Made by a program: the position numbers and the translations under genes. The notes below the pieces were generated by a model that was not told the origin of the DNA, ran no database searches, and worked only from the letters and a program-made list of their open reading frames with translations. Below are positions 31,553 through 41,464 of a stretch of 64,000 nucleotides of DNA, in pieces. Every line of letters begins with the position of its first letter. Position 1 is the first letter of the stretch. The stretch is from Candidatus Bathyarchaeota archaeon (GTDB taxonomy: Archaea > Thermoproteota > Bathyarchaeia > Bathyarchaeales > Bathycorpusculaceae): contig CAWFFH010000003.1 in the NCBI GenBank assembly GCA_963815095.1, positions 768,001 through 832,000 on the forward strand, given 5' to 3'.

Positions 31553-32151
31553 ACCATTTCTTCCTACTTTAGGGGCTCTCGAAGTTTTACACCTGTTTTG
31601 CTAGTGAATTTGTTCTATAATGAAACAGAAACTTGTGTATATTGTTCTGCAATAGAACGACTCAGGAAAATTTAAGATTTTTGTGGACGTTTCAGAAACC
31701 CGTCTAACTGAAAGAAGAAGTAGACCAGAAAATTTTTCACTGTTCTTCTTCTACTCATAAAGACATCATCTGGGGTTAGGTGGTTGATCTTGCTGCACTA
31801 AAGTTGGATAAACGAAAAACTGTTTCCAACACAATTAGACTTCTTTTTCTTATATCAATAAACCTGACTTTTCCATTAGAAGAACGACGGGTGATTTTCT
31901 TCGGCAATTAGTTTTTCTTCTTCTTTCAAATAATTCACTCTTAAAAGAACAAAAACACTTGGAAAAATTTTTTTGTTGTTTTTTTTTCTTCCAATCGATT
32001 TTTGGGTAGGTTGACGATTTGTTCCTGCATCTTTTTTGATCGGCTTACAGATCAAAGCGTCTTTTTTAGAACTTGAAGCTTATTTTGCTAATTTAAGAAA
32101 GCAATATATTTAATCCAACATTAGGAATCTACCATAGAAAGGCCGTCTCAA

Positions 32152-33531
32152 ATGAAAATAACGCTAGTTAATCCGCCCTATCCGCAAAGCGTCCATTCAC
32201 ACCCTCCCTTCATTCCACTGGGCATAGCTTATTTGGGCGCAGTGGCGGAGAAAGCAGGGCACCAAGTCACAGTTATCGACTGTCAAGCTGAGAAATTAAC
32301 TTATGAAACTTTCCGCGAGCGAATTACACAAACTCCTTCTGACTTAATTGGCTTAACAGCTACAACGTTGCTCTACAAGTCAGCCATGAAACTAATTACC
32401 TTAGCTAAGCAGACTCAGCCGCAGGCTGTTACGGTGCTTGGGGGGTCGCATGGAACTTTCTGGGACGAAAACGCCCTCAAAGAATACCCGAGTTTAGATA
32501 TAGTTGTAAGACGTGAAGGCGAAGAAACCTTCATAGAACTTCTCAATAAACTCCAAACTCACTCAAGCCTCAGCAACGTGTTAGGCATCACATATCGAAA
32601 CGGCGACACAATTGTCCAAAATCCAGATAGACCCTTCATTGAAGACTTAGATGCATTACCTTTCCCTGCCCATCACCTATTGCCACTTGAAAGCCTAAAG
32701 CATAACGGCAAAATAATTTTCCCTTTAGTTAGCAGCCGCGGATGTGTCTATTGGTGTGACTTCTGCAGCACCGTCCGCATGTTCGGCAGAGGATACCGCA
32801 TGCGCAGCCCAAAAAACGTCGTAGACGAAATGCAACTTGTCCACGACAAATACGGAATCGACCAAGTTACCTTTTATGATGACGCTTTTAGCGTTGACCG
32901 CAACCGAGTGGTAAAGATTTGTCAAGAACTAAAAGATAGAAAACTGCAAATGAAGTGGGATTGCGGCACCCGCGTCGACATGGTTGACCGGGAACTAATG
33001 AAAACGATGCGTGATGCAGGCTGCTTCGCGGTTTGGTTGGGTGTAGAGTCTGGTTCAGAAGTAATGCTTGGCGCCATGAACAAACGCATCAAACTGAATC
33101 AGACAAGACTGGCATATAAGACAGCTCATGAGTTAGGGCTGATGACTATTGCCAACGTCGTTTTGGGCTTTCCAGGAGAAACAGAACAGACTGCTCGAGA
33201 AACAATACGTTTTGTTAAAGAACTAAACCCTGACGACGTGGGTTTCTACATTGCCACGCCCTATCCTGGAACACCAATGTATGAATTGGTAAAAAAGAAT
33301 GGTTGGCTAAGAGTCACGGATTTTGACAAGTATGACACTGCGGGTCCAACTTTTGAGACCCCCTCTTTAAGTATGGAGAAATTAGTTGAACTTCGTTACA
33401 AAGCTTACCAAGATTTCTATCTGCGCCCACGCTACGTGTTTAAGATGATGCGTAAAGGCAATGTCTATGGAATTGCTGCGGTGAAAACTTCAGGCGCTTA
33501 CCTTCTCAGGTACTTGCACATTAAGCCCTGA
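32152..33531 (+). CDS. Cobalamin-binding radical SAM protein, tandem paralog of 30167..31552
   Basis: Same motifs; identical MKITLVNPPYP start and WCDFCSTVRMFGRGYR segment. Confidence 0.9.
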   Translation: MKITLVNPPYPQSVHSHPPFIPLGIAYLGAVAEKAGHQVTVIDCQAEKLTYETFRERITQTPSDLIGLTATTLLYKSAMKLITLAKQTQPQAVTVLGGSHGTFWDENALKEYPSLDIVVRREGEETFIELLNKLQTHSSLSNVLGITYRNGDTIVQNPDRPFIEDLDALPFPAHHLLPLESLKHNGKIIFPLVSSRGCVYWCDFCSTVRMFGRGYRMRSPKNVVDEMQLVHDKYGIDQVTFYDDAFSVDRNRVVKICQELKDRKLQMKWDCGTRVDMVDRELMKTMRDAGCFAVWLGVESGSEVMLGAMNKRIKLNQTRLAYKTAHELGLMTIANVVLGFPGETEQTARETIRFVKELNPDDVGFYIATPYPGTPMYELVKKNGWLRVTDFDKYDTAGPTFETPSLSMEKLVELRYKAYQDFYLRPRYVFKMMRKGNVYGIAAVKTSGAYLLRYLHIKP

Positions 33532-33891
33532 AAACTCTCTACTTTTCAAAACTAATGCGATTACTGCAAGAACTAAAACTAAAGTGCTAAGGGAAACGGT
33601 TATTGAAGTAAAAGTAATCCCGATTGGTGATAAACCCAAAAATAAGCCAATTAACCCTGTTAAACCAAAACTTAACGCGACCGATAGAACTAATTGTTCG
33701 ACAAAATCTATTTTATTTTTTCCTAAGAATAGAATGTTTACTAAACAATATCCAGGAAGAAAAGCAATAAAAATAAACCCTAAAACATAACGCAAACCAA
33801 CAATCAATGAATCACTTGGGACAAAATAAGTAACCAGTAGCGTTAAAACCGTGAACCCGACGATAATTTCAAACCATCTAAGCGGTTTCAG
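33490..33891 (-). CDS. DUF1616-like small membrane protein; probable CTG start
   Basis: LRYVLGFIFIAFLPGY...E.LVLSVALS pattern; in-frame hydrophobic extension up to CTG 33891 after GAGGT, with an in-frame TAA just upstream. Confidence 0.7.
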   Translation of the reverse strand: MKPLRWFEIIVGFTVLTLLVTYFVPSDSLIVGLRYVLGFIFIAFLPGYCLVNILFLGKNKIDFVEQLVLSVALSFGLTGLIGLFLGLSPIGITFTSITVSLSTLVLVLAVIALVLKSREFSGLNVQVPEKVSA

Positions 33892-33941
33892 ATTTTAACC
33901 TCAAAAATTTAAAAAAAAATAAAAAATAAGGGAAGAATTTT

Positions 33942-34853
33942 TTACATGAACATCTTGTAGATTGGATGAGACTCTTCGAGGGGTCTTGTTCCAAGGTCAC
34001 CGGCTGCTGAAGCTATGTATGTGTCAGTGACTGCGACTGCTGGAAATACCCATTCCGCTTGTTCTGCTGGACCAATCATTAGCCAGTTTGCGCCTGCCAT
34101 TTGCATAATTGAGTTTGTAGAGGTTCTGCAGCCTGGACGGAATTCTTTAGCGACATTTGCTTTTACCCAACCCATGGTTGTGACAACGTTTCCGCTGCCT
34201 AAGCCTACAGGGTGACCATACTTCTCTTTCATGACAGGTATAGTTCTGACGGCTGTGCCCATGTCTGGTTCGAAAGCTGGGATAGCTGTGTCGATAAGAG
34301 GTTTTGTGATTCCGCCTTTCTCTGCTAATGCGAGCGCTTCAACAATGACTTTCATTTTGCCTTCCATTGTTGTATCTTTTGGATCATCAGCAAGCACTAT
34401 GGACATTTTAATCCCGCTTTCTTTGAGGTTTGCAAGTTCAGCATCGGTTACGCCTTTGTAAACAGAGTTGTAGAGGCATCTGTCTGAAAGACCCATCTTT
34501 TTTGCTAAGGTTGCTGCTCCCATACGGGTCTTTGGACTCATTGCATCTAGCATGAGTGGTGCATCAGTGTGTTTCGGTACGAAGTCAATATATTTTTCGA
34601 ATGCGGCTTCTGTTGTTCCGACAATGTCAAGAGCAAATTTGACACCGGTTATGTCGCTTTGGGTTTGGCATGTGTTAATGATTTGTTCAGCTGCTTTAGC
34701 ATCAAAAATTCCTTTGTTTGCATCGGTAACCATTTTTTGGCCTAGCCAAAAGATGGAGCCGATCAGAAAAGTTGGATTTTCTCCAGGTTGACCGCCTATT
34801 TTTGCTCCAGCAAGGTCATATATTTTTTGTTCGGTATTGAACTTAAAGGACAT
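33942..34853 (-). CDS. Stand-alone MtrH-family methyl-corrinoid:pterin methyltransferase
   Basis: MSFKFNTEQKI...IGGQPGENPT.LIGSIF; no other mtr genes adjacent. Confidence 0.85.
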   Translation of the reverse strand: MSFKFNTEQKIYDLAGAKIGGQPGENPTFLIGSIFWLGQKMVTDANKGIFDAKAAEQIINTCQTQSDITGVKFALDIVGTTEAAFEKYIDFVPKHTDAPLMLDAMSPKTRMGAATLAKKMGLSDRCLYNSVYKGVTDAELANLKESGIKMSIVLADDPKDTTMEGKMKVIVEALALAEKGGITKPLIDTAIPAFEPDMGTAVRTIPVMKEKYGHPVGLGSGNVVTTMGWVKANVAKEFRPGCRTSTNSIMQMAGANWLMIGPAEQAEWVFPAVAVTDTYIASAAGDLGTRPLEESHPIYKMFM

Positions 34854-34870
34854 TGTTCCACATCGGACGA

Positions 34871-35296
34871 TTATTTCTTCAATGCTTTCTTTGCAAGTTC
34901 TGGAGCTTCTTCTTTGTTCTTGCCGAAGAGTGCCCCGATTGCGTCTGCGTCTTCTTTTTTGACTGCTGCGCCGCCCATGATTATGCCGACTTTGTCTTTG
35001 AGACCTGCTGCTTTGAGAAGTTCGTCGAGTTTTGCAACGTTGTTCTTTGCTGGGACTGTATTAACGGAAACTGCAATCAAGTTTGCATTATTTTCTTTTA
35101 CTTTGTCAATGAAGACTTGTGGTGCAACGCTTTTTCCAACGTCGATGGTTTTGAATCCAGCACGTTTCAGTGATCGTCTAACTGCTTCTTTTGCTGTGTC
35201 GTGCATGTCTGGTTCGATGTTACCGATAACGACTATGCCGATTGGATTTTCTGGTTCTGGTGGTTCTTTTTCCATCATAGATTTAAGCCAAGACAT
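34871..35296 (-). CDS. Small corrinoid (B12-binding domain only) protein
   Basis: EPDMHDTAK, IDVGKSV, GIIMGGAAV, IGA. Confidence 0.85.
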   Translation of the reverse strand: MSWLKSMMEKEPPEPENPIGIVVIGNIEPDMHDTAKEAVRRSLKRAGFKTIDVGKSVAPQVFIDKVKENNANLIAVSVNTVPAKNNVAKLDELLKAAGLKDKVGIIMGGAAVKKEDADAIGALFGKNKEEAPELAKKALKK

Positions 35297-35401
35297 TTAA
35301 ACACCTTTTTTCCTTTTGATACTCTGGGCTTTTTATACTCGAAATCCATATTTAACCTTTTACCAACAATTCAAACGTAAGTATATCAAGTGGGAAAGTA
35401 A

Positions 35402-37741
35402 ATGCTCAAAGCAAACAGAACATATGTCTTATTGCTGTTAATCTTTACTTTCTCATTCGTTTATCGCTTGCTTATGATGTTTTGGAGTAATTATCCATCT
35501 GGTGCCGACATTGGTCTGCATAACAGTGTAATTTCCTCTATTACAGGGTCAGGGTACACCAATTTTATGAATAATTTCTATCAGATGGGTGGAGGCATTT
35601 CGCTAACTTTTCCGGGATATCACATCTTTGCTTCAACCATAATCTTGATGACGGGAATGACTGGGTACATTGCGCAGGCAGTCATAGTGGCTTTGTTCTC
35701 ATCACTTATTGTTTTATGCGCATTTTTAATAACCAGGAATATTTGGACGGAGTCAGCCGCTTTTATTGTTGCCTTTTTAGTGGCTATCTCACGCTTTGAT
35801 ATAGAAATGCTCCTTTGGGGAGGTTACCCCAACGTAATAACGCTTCTTTTGATTCCTTTAACTTTTTATTTGTACCTACAAAAAGACCGATTTTCTTTGA
35901 CGCCTTTTCTGGTTTCGACATCTATTTTGGCCGGCTCCATATTCCTAACTCACTCGTTGAGCGCAGGCATTTTCGTCGGTGTTGCATTCCTCACTTTGCT
36001 TTTTGTTCTCGTTTCTCCCAAAACCTTCAGTACTTCAAGAAAAACTGTACTCTATTGGCTTTCTCCGATGATTATAGGAGGCGTCCTTGTTTTACCCTTC
36101 TTAGCGCAGGCTGTACCCACATATTTGCATGATAACTCTTCAGCCCCTGGCGTTCAAGGGGTCGGCGACATAACGTCTGCAATATTATCAACAAGAATCC
36201 TTCCGTTAGAAATGGTTTTGCCGCTCTTTCTAATAATATTAGCCTTCGCATTGTTCTCCAAAAAGTACAATGGACGATTTTTAAGTATTCCAACATTCCT
36301 TCTTTCTATGTGGCTGTTTGTTCCCTTATTTTTAACGCAAGGTTATCTGTTCGGATTTATCATCGATTATAATAGATTTCTATACTTTATTATTTTACCA
36401 GCAATAATTTTCATTGCTGTCCTAATAGACCACGCTTCAGAGTTCTTCACAAAAATAATCAGCACTTTCCGAGCTTTGACAAACCAAATGCAAAAAACAA
36501 AAAAAATAACTAACACCAAAATTGCGTGGCTCTCGGCACATTTGACAAGTAAGGCTCTTTATGGAGTCTTTGTTTTGTTTTTCTTGCTATTCTCCTTTAT
36601 TGCACTACCCATCTTTATGGCTCCCTCGCAGAATGTTGGCGAGACAATCCAAAGTTATTACCAAGTCATGAACAACCCAGGTTGGGAAGCGATTCAGTGG
36701 GCAAAGCAGAACACGCCTACAAACTCAGTGTTTGTTTCAGATGCACTCTATGGATGGTGGCTTGGTGGTTTCGCACAGAGACCAACGTTGAGTGCTGTTG
36801 ATCCACAGTACATAACGAGTGCCCGAGAGGTAGCACCAGCAAAGAACGCCACCTACCTGCTTGATACGGATTACTTGGTTGATAATGGTTTAGTTCAGGT
36901 TCGCGAGGATGGCGGTTATGTTGCTCGCCATAATCCTGAAATTTTGGCAGACCTCAATTGGACTTATTTTCCATATTCCTTTTTCACCTTTGATAGCAGC
37001 AGAACTGAAATCAGCTACAAAGTTGGGCAAGGAAACTTTTCGTCGTCTCTGGCTGATCTTGCGATGAAAGAAATGCATTTAGAGAATTATACTGATCATA
37101 AGACCATTGTAGTAAGCAGAGGTAACGACTTTTTCAATTATACTCAGTTTACAACTGTGTATGATCAATCAGCTTTTGTTAATTTGACTTCGACAATTGA
37201 AACCACTATTCCCGGTGTTTCTTTGGAGTCGGTTGAAATTAAAATTCAAAGTAAAGGCACACAAGTTACATTCGATGATGGACGCACATTAGCCTTCATC
37301 GACCAAGGTGTAAAAGTGTTAGGTCAATTAATCTTTGACCAAAATCAGAGAAATACCGTAGTCTGGAATGACGAAAACCCAGTACTAATAGAGTTAAAGT
37401 ACGATCTTCAGAATAGTTCTAATGGCCAAATTCAACTTATGGCAAGCGCAACCTCAGTATCTGATTCGCTGCAGTATTACGGAAACCAAGCTACCATAAA
37501 CCATTACTTCAAGCCTCTCATAGCTGGAAACCTAACATCTATTCAACTGTCTACGCCTATAGAGTTTAAAGAATGTTTTGATTATCGATTGGAATTGCAA
37601 AGAAACAATGTATCATATATTGCGTGCAGAAATGCTGAGTTAGATGTGAAATTTAGGGGAGACCCTGCGTTTAGCTTGGTATTTATTAACAGTGAAGTTG
37701 CAATCTTTAAGGTAAATGGGAACCTCAATCAAAACGGGTGA
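35402..37741 (+). CDS. Large polytopic membrane protein, GT-C-fold glycosyltransferase-like
   Basis: GADIGLH in the first loop, FPGYH, WGGYPN, many TM helices, AIQWAKQNTP...SDALYGWW soluble domain. Confidence 0.65.
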   Translation: MLKANRTYVLLLLIFTFSFVYRLLMMFWSNYPSGADIGLHNSVISSITGSGYTNFMNNFYQMGGGISLTFPGYHIFASTIILMTGMTGYIAQAVIVALFSSLIVLCAFLITRNIWTESAAFIVAFLVAISRFDIEMLLWGGYPNVITLLLIPLTFYLYLQKDRFSLTPFLVSTSILAGSIFLTHSLSAGIFVGVAFLTLLFVLVSPKTFSTSRKTVLYWLSPMIIGGVLVLPFLAQAVPTYLHDNSSAPGVQGVGDITSAILSTRILPLEMVLPLFLIILAFALFSKKYNGRFLSIPTFLLSMWLFVPLFLTQGYLFGFIIDYNRFLYFIILPAIIFIAVLIDHASEFFTKIISTFRALTNQMQKTKKITNTKIAWLSAHLTSKALYGVFVLFFLLFSFIALPIFMAPSQNVGETIQSYYQVMNNPGWEAIQWAKQNTPTNSVFVSDALYGWWLGGFAQRPTLSAVDPQYITSAREVAPAKNATYLLDTDYLVDNGLVQVREDGGYVARHNPEILADLNWTYFPYSFFTFDSSRTEISYKVGQGNFSSSLADLAMKEMHLENYTDHKTIVVSRGNDFFNYTQFTTVYDQSAFVNLTSTIETTIPGVSLESVEIKIQSKGTQVTFDDGRTLAFIDQGVKVLGQLIFDQNQRNTVVWNDENPVLIELKYDLQNSSNGQIQLMASATSVSDSLQYYGNQATINHYFKPLIAGNLTSIQLSTPIEFKECFDYRLELQRNNVSYIACRNAELDVKFRGDPAFSLVFINSEVAIFKVNGNLNQNG

Positions 37742-37765
37742 GTTACCTTCTTCGCCTTAAGTGCT

Positions 37766-40048
37766 ATGAGTAAAGAGAAAAAAATCGAAATCACCTTCAT
37801 CACCATCTTTTCAGTGCTTATCTTTGCCATCTTCTTCACACTTATATCAATGAACGGGGTGGTTTTGGGAAATGACCCTGCGGTTCACTTAGAAAAAGCA
37901 CAAATTTTCCTCAATACAGGCAAAATTCCACTAGCAAATTTGGGTTGGACTCCGCCTCTCTACGAGATTGTGCTTGCAATGTTCATTTCTCTCACTGGAG
38001 CAACTGACATTGGGCAACTAATATTTCTAGTTAAAGTTTTGGCAGCTATAATTGATTGGCTCCTATTCCTCTCAGTTTATCTGATTGCTAGTAAATTTTT
38101 CAGCAAAAAAGTTGGAGTTGTAGCCTCTGTTTTGCTTTTGATGTGTTTTCCAATTTACGAAGTTAACCAGTTCGGCGGATACACCACCGTTTTAGCTTTG
38201 GTGTTCATGCTCTTAGTATTTCTCTACACGCCCCTAGCCGTAGAACGTTTTGGGTATTTGGTGGTTACTTTTTTTGTCGCTTTTGGGGTTGTTTTGTCCC
38301 ATCAACTTGCTGCTTTTCTTGCAATTTTCATAATGCCGCCTATCCTAATTTTTATGTTAATAAAATCCAAGGGTGCCTATCTAAAAGTTGTAATGGCGTT
38401 GATTTTGGGCGGAGGAATAGCGTTCTTTCTATACTATTTCCAAGCAATGATCGGTTACCTTGATATAGTCATCGAATACGTGTTTTTCGCTGTAAAAGCT
38501 TATGCATACCAGATTCCAGCGGTCAGCTTTTATTCTTTTATGGTTAATTTTGGCTTCGTATTTTTCTTAGCGTTAACCGGTATTTTTGTTTCATATTATT
38601 TGTTAAAGAAGCAAAAGAAGATCATTTTTTTTGTAACCTTAATGCTTAGTTTCTTTGTTCCGCTCTTCTTTGCTGAATCATACCTTTTTGGTTTTTACAT
38701 GCCGTTTGGCTGGTTTATCTATTATCTGACACCCTTGATAGCCGTTTTAGGAGCTGTACCCACTGTATTCTTAGCTGATAAATTCGTATCTTTTTACATC
38801 AAAAACAAATCAATGTTTAGAAAAAACTGGTTAAGAATAGCCACGGTCTCCATAATTATTCTTTTGTCGTTCATGTTTGTTGCACGTTCTGATATAGTAT
38901 ATGGAAAAATCAATGAAGCCAGCGTTTATTATTCAACTACAGACGTAAAAGCTTTAGATGCAGGAGTTTGGCTTAAAACAAACTACCCTGAAAATAGCAC
39001 CGTTGTGGCTACTGAGATTCCGGGTTTTTGGTTCCAAGAGTTTTCAGGCAAAAACGTGATTGCACAAACAGATCCTACAGTACAGAGAAATGAAATTGCC
39101 GAGTCAGTTTTGAGTTTATCTTATGAAATAGAGCATTCGCAAAGTCTCATTAGAGCTTACCAAGCTAAAGGCGATATCTCTGATGAAACCTACATTTCTA
39201 TTGATCAGGTTTGGAACAGGATTTCTCATTCTTCAGAAACCGGCGACTCCCTCTCGTACACAGTAAACGGCACTAACTACCAGTTCAAACTTGCCGACTT
39301 AAACAAACAAATAGTGTTTGATGAGCAACATTCACCTAAGGAAATAGAGTTCATCTACTCTAACGAACATGTTGCATTAACCGAGGCAGTTGTTGTTGAA
39401 AACACGAGTTACCCGCTTAATATTTCGTGGAGCTTGACACCTTTAAAGAGCGAACTATTCAATGCAACACTTTATTTAAGCACGTTTTTTGACCTAAAAT
39501 ACGACTTTGACAAGGCCCAAATTCCTCAGTTGCTTGATTGGGTAAACCCATGGGATGCACTTGCAGCCATAAGAACTGTTGAAGGAAAAACCTGGGCAGT
39601 TGCTAGCTTTACAAATACAACTTTGAAGGATAACTACATTGGCCTTTATGATGACAAAAATGATATCGCTTTTGCGTTTAAATTTAATGATTTACCTGAT
39701 TGGGGAAACATTGGGGCTCTTGCAAATAGGCAAATTGACGCAGTCAGGTTCCAGTACCAATTCAACGACTTAAGCATAAACCAGACAGCGTCGCGTTCAT
39801 ATCAGATGCTAACAATGTCTAAAAACAGTTTCCCAACGTTGCAACCCGATACATTGCAGGGATTGTTTGACTTTAAACCTGGTGAATTCACGGTTGCCAC
39901 GAGATATTACATGGACTACATAAATGGTAACAATATAGGCTTCATCGTTTACGATCGAAACCACCTAGATACCCAAATACTCAACAGCAAAATCCTGCAG
40001 CTTATTTACTCAAATGACCGATATGACATCTTCAAAATTATGAAATAA
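37766..40048 (+). CDS. Paralogous GT-C-fold-like polytopic membrane protein
   Basis: GNDPAVH, PPLY, FGGY, AGVWLKTNYP...PGFWF; same architecture as the upstream gene. Confidence 0.65.
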   Translation: MSKEKKIEITFITIFSVLIFAIFFTLISMNGVVLGNDPAVHLEKAQIFLNTGKIPLANLGWTPPLYEIVLAMFISLTGATDIGQLIFLVKVLAAIIDWLLFLSVYLIASKFFSKKVGVVASVLLLMCFPIYEVNQFGGYTTVLALVFMLLVFLYTPLAVERFGYLVVTFFVAFGVVLSHQLAAFLAIFIMPPILIFMLIKSKGAYLKVVMALILGGGIAFFLYYFQAMIGYLDIVIEYVFFAVKAYAYQIPAVSFYSFMVNFGFVFFLALTGIFVSYYLLKKQKKIIFFVTLMLSFFVPLFFAESYLFGFYMPFGWFIYYLTPLIAVLGAVPTVFLADKFVSFYIKNKSMFRKNWLRIATVSIIILLSFMFVARSDIVYGKINEASVYYSTTDVKALDAGVWLKTNYPENSTVVATEIPGFWFQEFSGKNVIAQTDPTVQRNEIAESVLSLSYEIEHSQSLIRAYQAKGDISDETYISIDQVWNRISHSSETGDSLSYTVNGTNYQFKLADLNKQIVFDEQHSPKEIEFIYSNEHVALTEAVVVENTSYPLNISWSLTPLKSELFNATLYLSTFFDLKYDFDKAQIPQLLDWVNPWDALAAIRTVEGKTWAVASFTNTTLKDNYIGLYDDKNDIAFAFKFNDLPDWGNIGALANRQIDAVRFQYQFNDLSINQTASRSYQMLTMSKNSFPTLQPDTLQGLFDFKPGEFTVATRYYMDYINGNNIGFIVYDRNHLDTQILNSKILQLIYSNDRYDIFKIMK

Positions 40049-40279
40049 CGATTTTTGGAGCATTTATAGATGCCATTTATACTTTTTGCCGGCGTTAACC
40101 ATGAAATTATTGTGTTTTTAGCAACCCGCCATCAAAATAAATGCTCTGAATTTTTTAATCACAGGATTTTTCTGCGGGCTGTTTTGAAGCTAAATGGATA
40201 GATGCTTGAGCAGATTTGTGGTTTAATTGGTTGTTACAAATTATTTGGTTTTCGAAGGCGTTTAAAAAATTAAGTAGAT

Positions 40280-40414
40280 TTAACGCCTAAATGCAAGCAT
40301 GTGTCCCTTGTGTGCAACCATCCTGTGATCACGAAGCTCGTCAGGAGTCTGAAAAGTTGAGGAACATATTCGGCATTTAAATTTTTCTTGGATAAGCTTT
40401 TCGTAAGTATACAT
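40280..40414 (-). CDS. 44-aa single C2H2 zinc-finger protein (below the ORF-track cutoff)
   Basis: Manual translation MYTYEKLIQEKFKCRICSSTFQTPDELRDHRMVAHKGHMLAFRR: F-x-C-x2-C-x3-F-x5-L-x2-H-x4-H. Confidence 0.75.
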   Translation of the reverse strand: MYTYEKLIQEKFKCRICSSTFQTPDELRDHRMVAHKGHMLAFRR

Positions 40415-40642
40415 CTAACATTAGCCTTCTCACTTGTTTTCTTGCAAAAAATGAGTCTTTTACAAGTTCACTAAATAATAGATGTTCGCAGACTTATAAA
40501 GGAATTAGGATTTCTAAACAAAACAATGGACAAAGCCAATCATTCTCGTTTGAAATATATTATTTTTTATCGGCACCCTAAATAGTTACGATGTACTGTA
40601 ATAGCACAAATCCTGCTGGAAAGCCAAGGAGGGACTAGACGC

Positions 40643-40801
40643 TTGAATAAAAAGACCAAACTTAAAGGCAAAGGAGCAAAATATTACCAAAACACTCACG
40701 GCAAAGTTTACAGAGTTAAACCAAACCCTAAAGCAAATAAACGAAAGTTGCTGCAAAAACGCCAGAGAAAAATAGATGCCCAACTTAAGGCAGCTGCTTA
40801 A
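40643..40801 (+). CDS. 52-aa highly basic small protein (below the ORF-track cutoff)
   Basis: GGAGGG SD then TTG; MNKKTKLKGKGAKYYQNTHGKVYRVKPNPKANKRKLLQKRQRKIDAQLKAAA; T-rich tract after the stop. Confidence 0.6.
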   Translation: MNKKTKLKGKGAKYYQNTHGKVYRVKPNPKANKRKLLQKRQRKIDAQLKAAA

Positions 40802-41090
40802 TTTTTCTTAACAATTTATCAACTTTTCTTATTATCCCCCCAATTAGTATCGAAGCGATTTTTTCTTAATTCTTTCTGGTAAACTTGCTTAGTAACTGAT
40901 TCTTCTGAGGCGTGAAAAAAACAAAATATTCATTCAAACCCACTTCATTGCGTTATCGGGTAGGGAAAGGCTTTGAGTTGACCTCACAAAAACTTTTCAA
41001 GCGAACAGAATGCAAAGGCTGTATGTATAAATCAAATTCGTATTGTCAGAGTCAATATTTCTTTAATTTTTGGCTAAAATCAAAGTATGA

Positions 41091-41333
41091 TTATGTTGTT
41101 CCGTTAGGGTGTTTTTGCATCCAGTCCTCAGCGCATGTGTCGGCTTTAGCTTTAGTGGCATACTCGGGCGAGATTATTTTGCCTTCATCTTTATCGGTTT
41201 GTCCACACTCGAACAATTGTACATGGTAATTTTGGCTATAATCTTTTTTCAAAACCATCAATGTCTGCCCTGATGTATCGTTTAGGTAGCCGCACTCGTG
41301 GCTAAGTCTTTTCCAACCCTTAATTAGCTTCAT
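41091..41333 (-). CDS. Hypothetical protein
   Basis: ATG with an upstream GAAGGA; protein-like composition. Confidence 0.6.
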   Translation of the reverse strand: MKLIKGWKRLSHECGYLNDTSGQTLMVLKKDYSQNYHVQLFECGQTDKDEGKIISPEYATKAKADTCAEDWMQKHPNGTT

Positions 41334-41464
41334 TTTTTATCCTTCAATATTTTTGTGCATGTCAACTTTCTGGAAAATCGTCTTTGTGCACAATCAATAG
41401 AACTAGGAATCCTTCAACTTAAGGTTATCATGCAAAAAATAAAACTAAAAAGAAGAAAAGGAAA

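Noticed and set aside
21963-35296. Methanogenesis inferred from ftr-like and mtrH-like genes
   Set aside because: No mcr or mtrA-G in the window; both genes are stand-alone paralogs in other contexts.
40586-41229. Listed ORFs 40586..40783 (-) and 40912..41229 (+)
   Set aside because: They are antisense to better-supported genes (40643..40801 with a strong SD; 41091..41333) and lack recognisable features.
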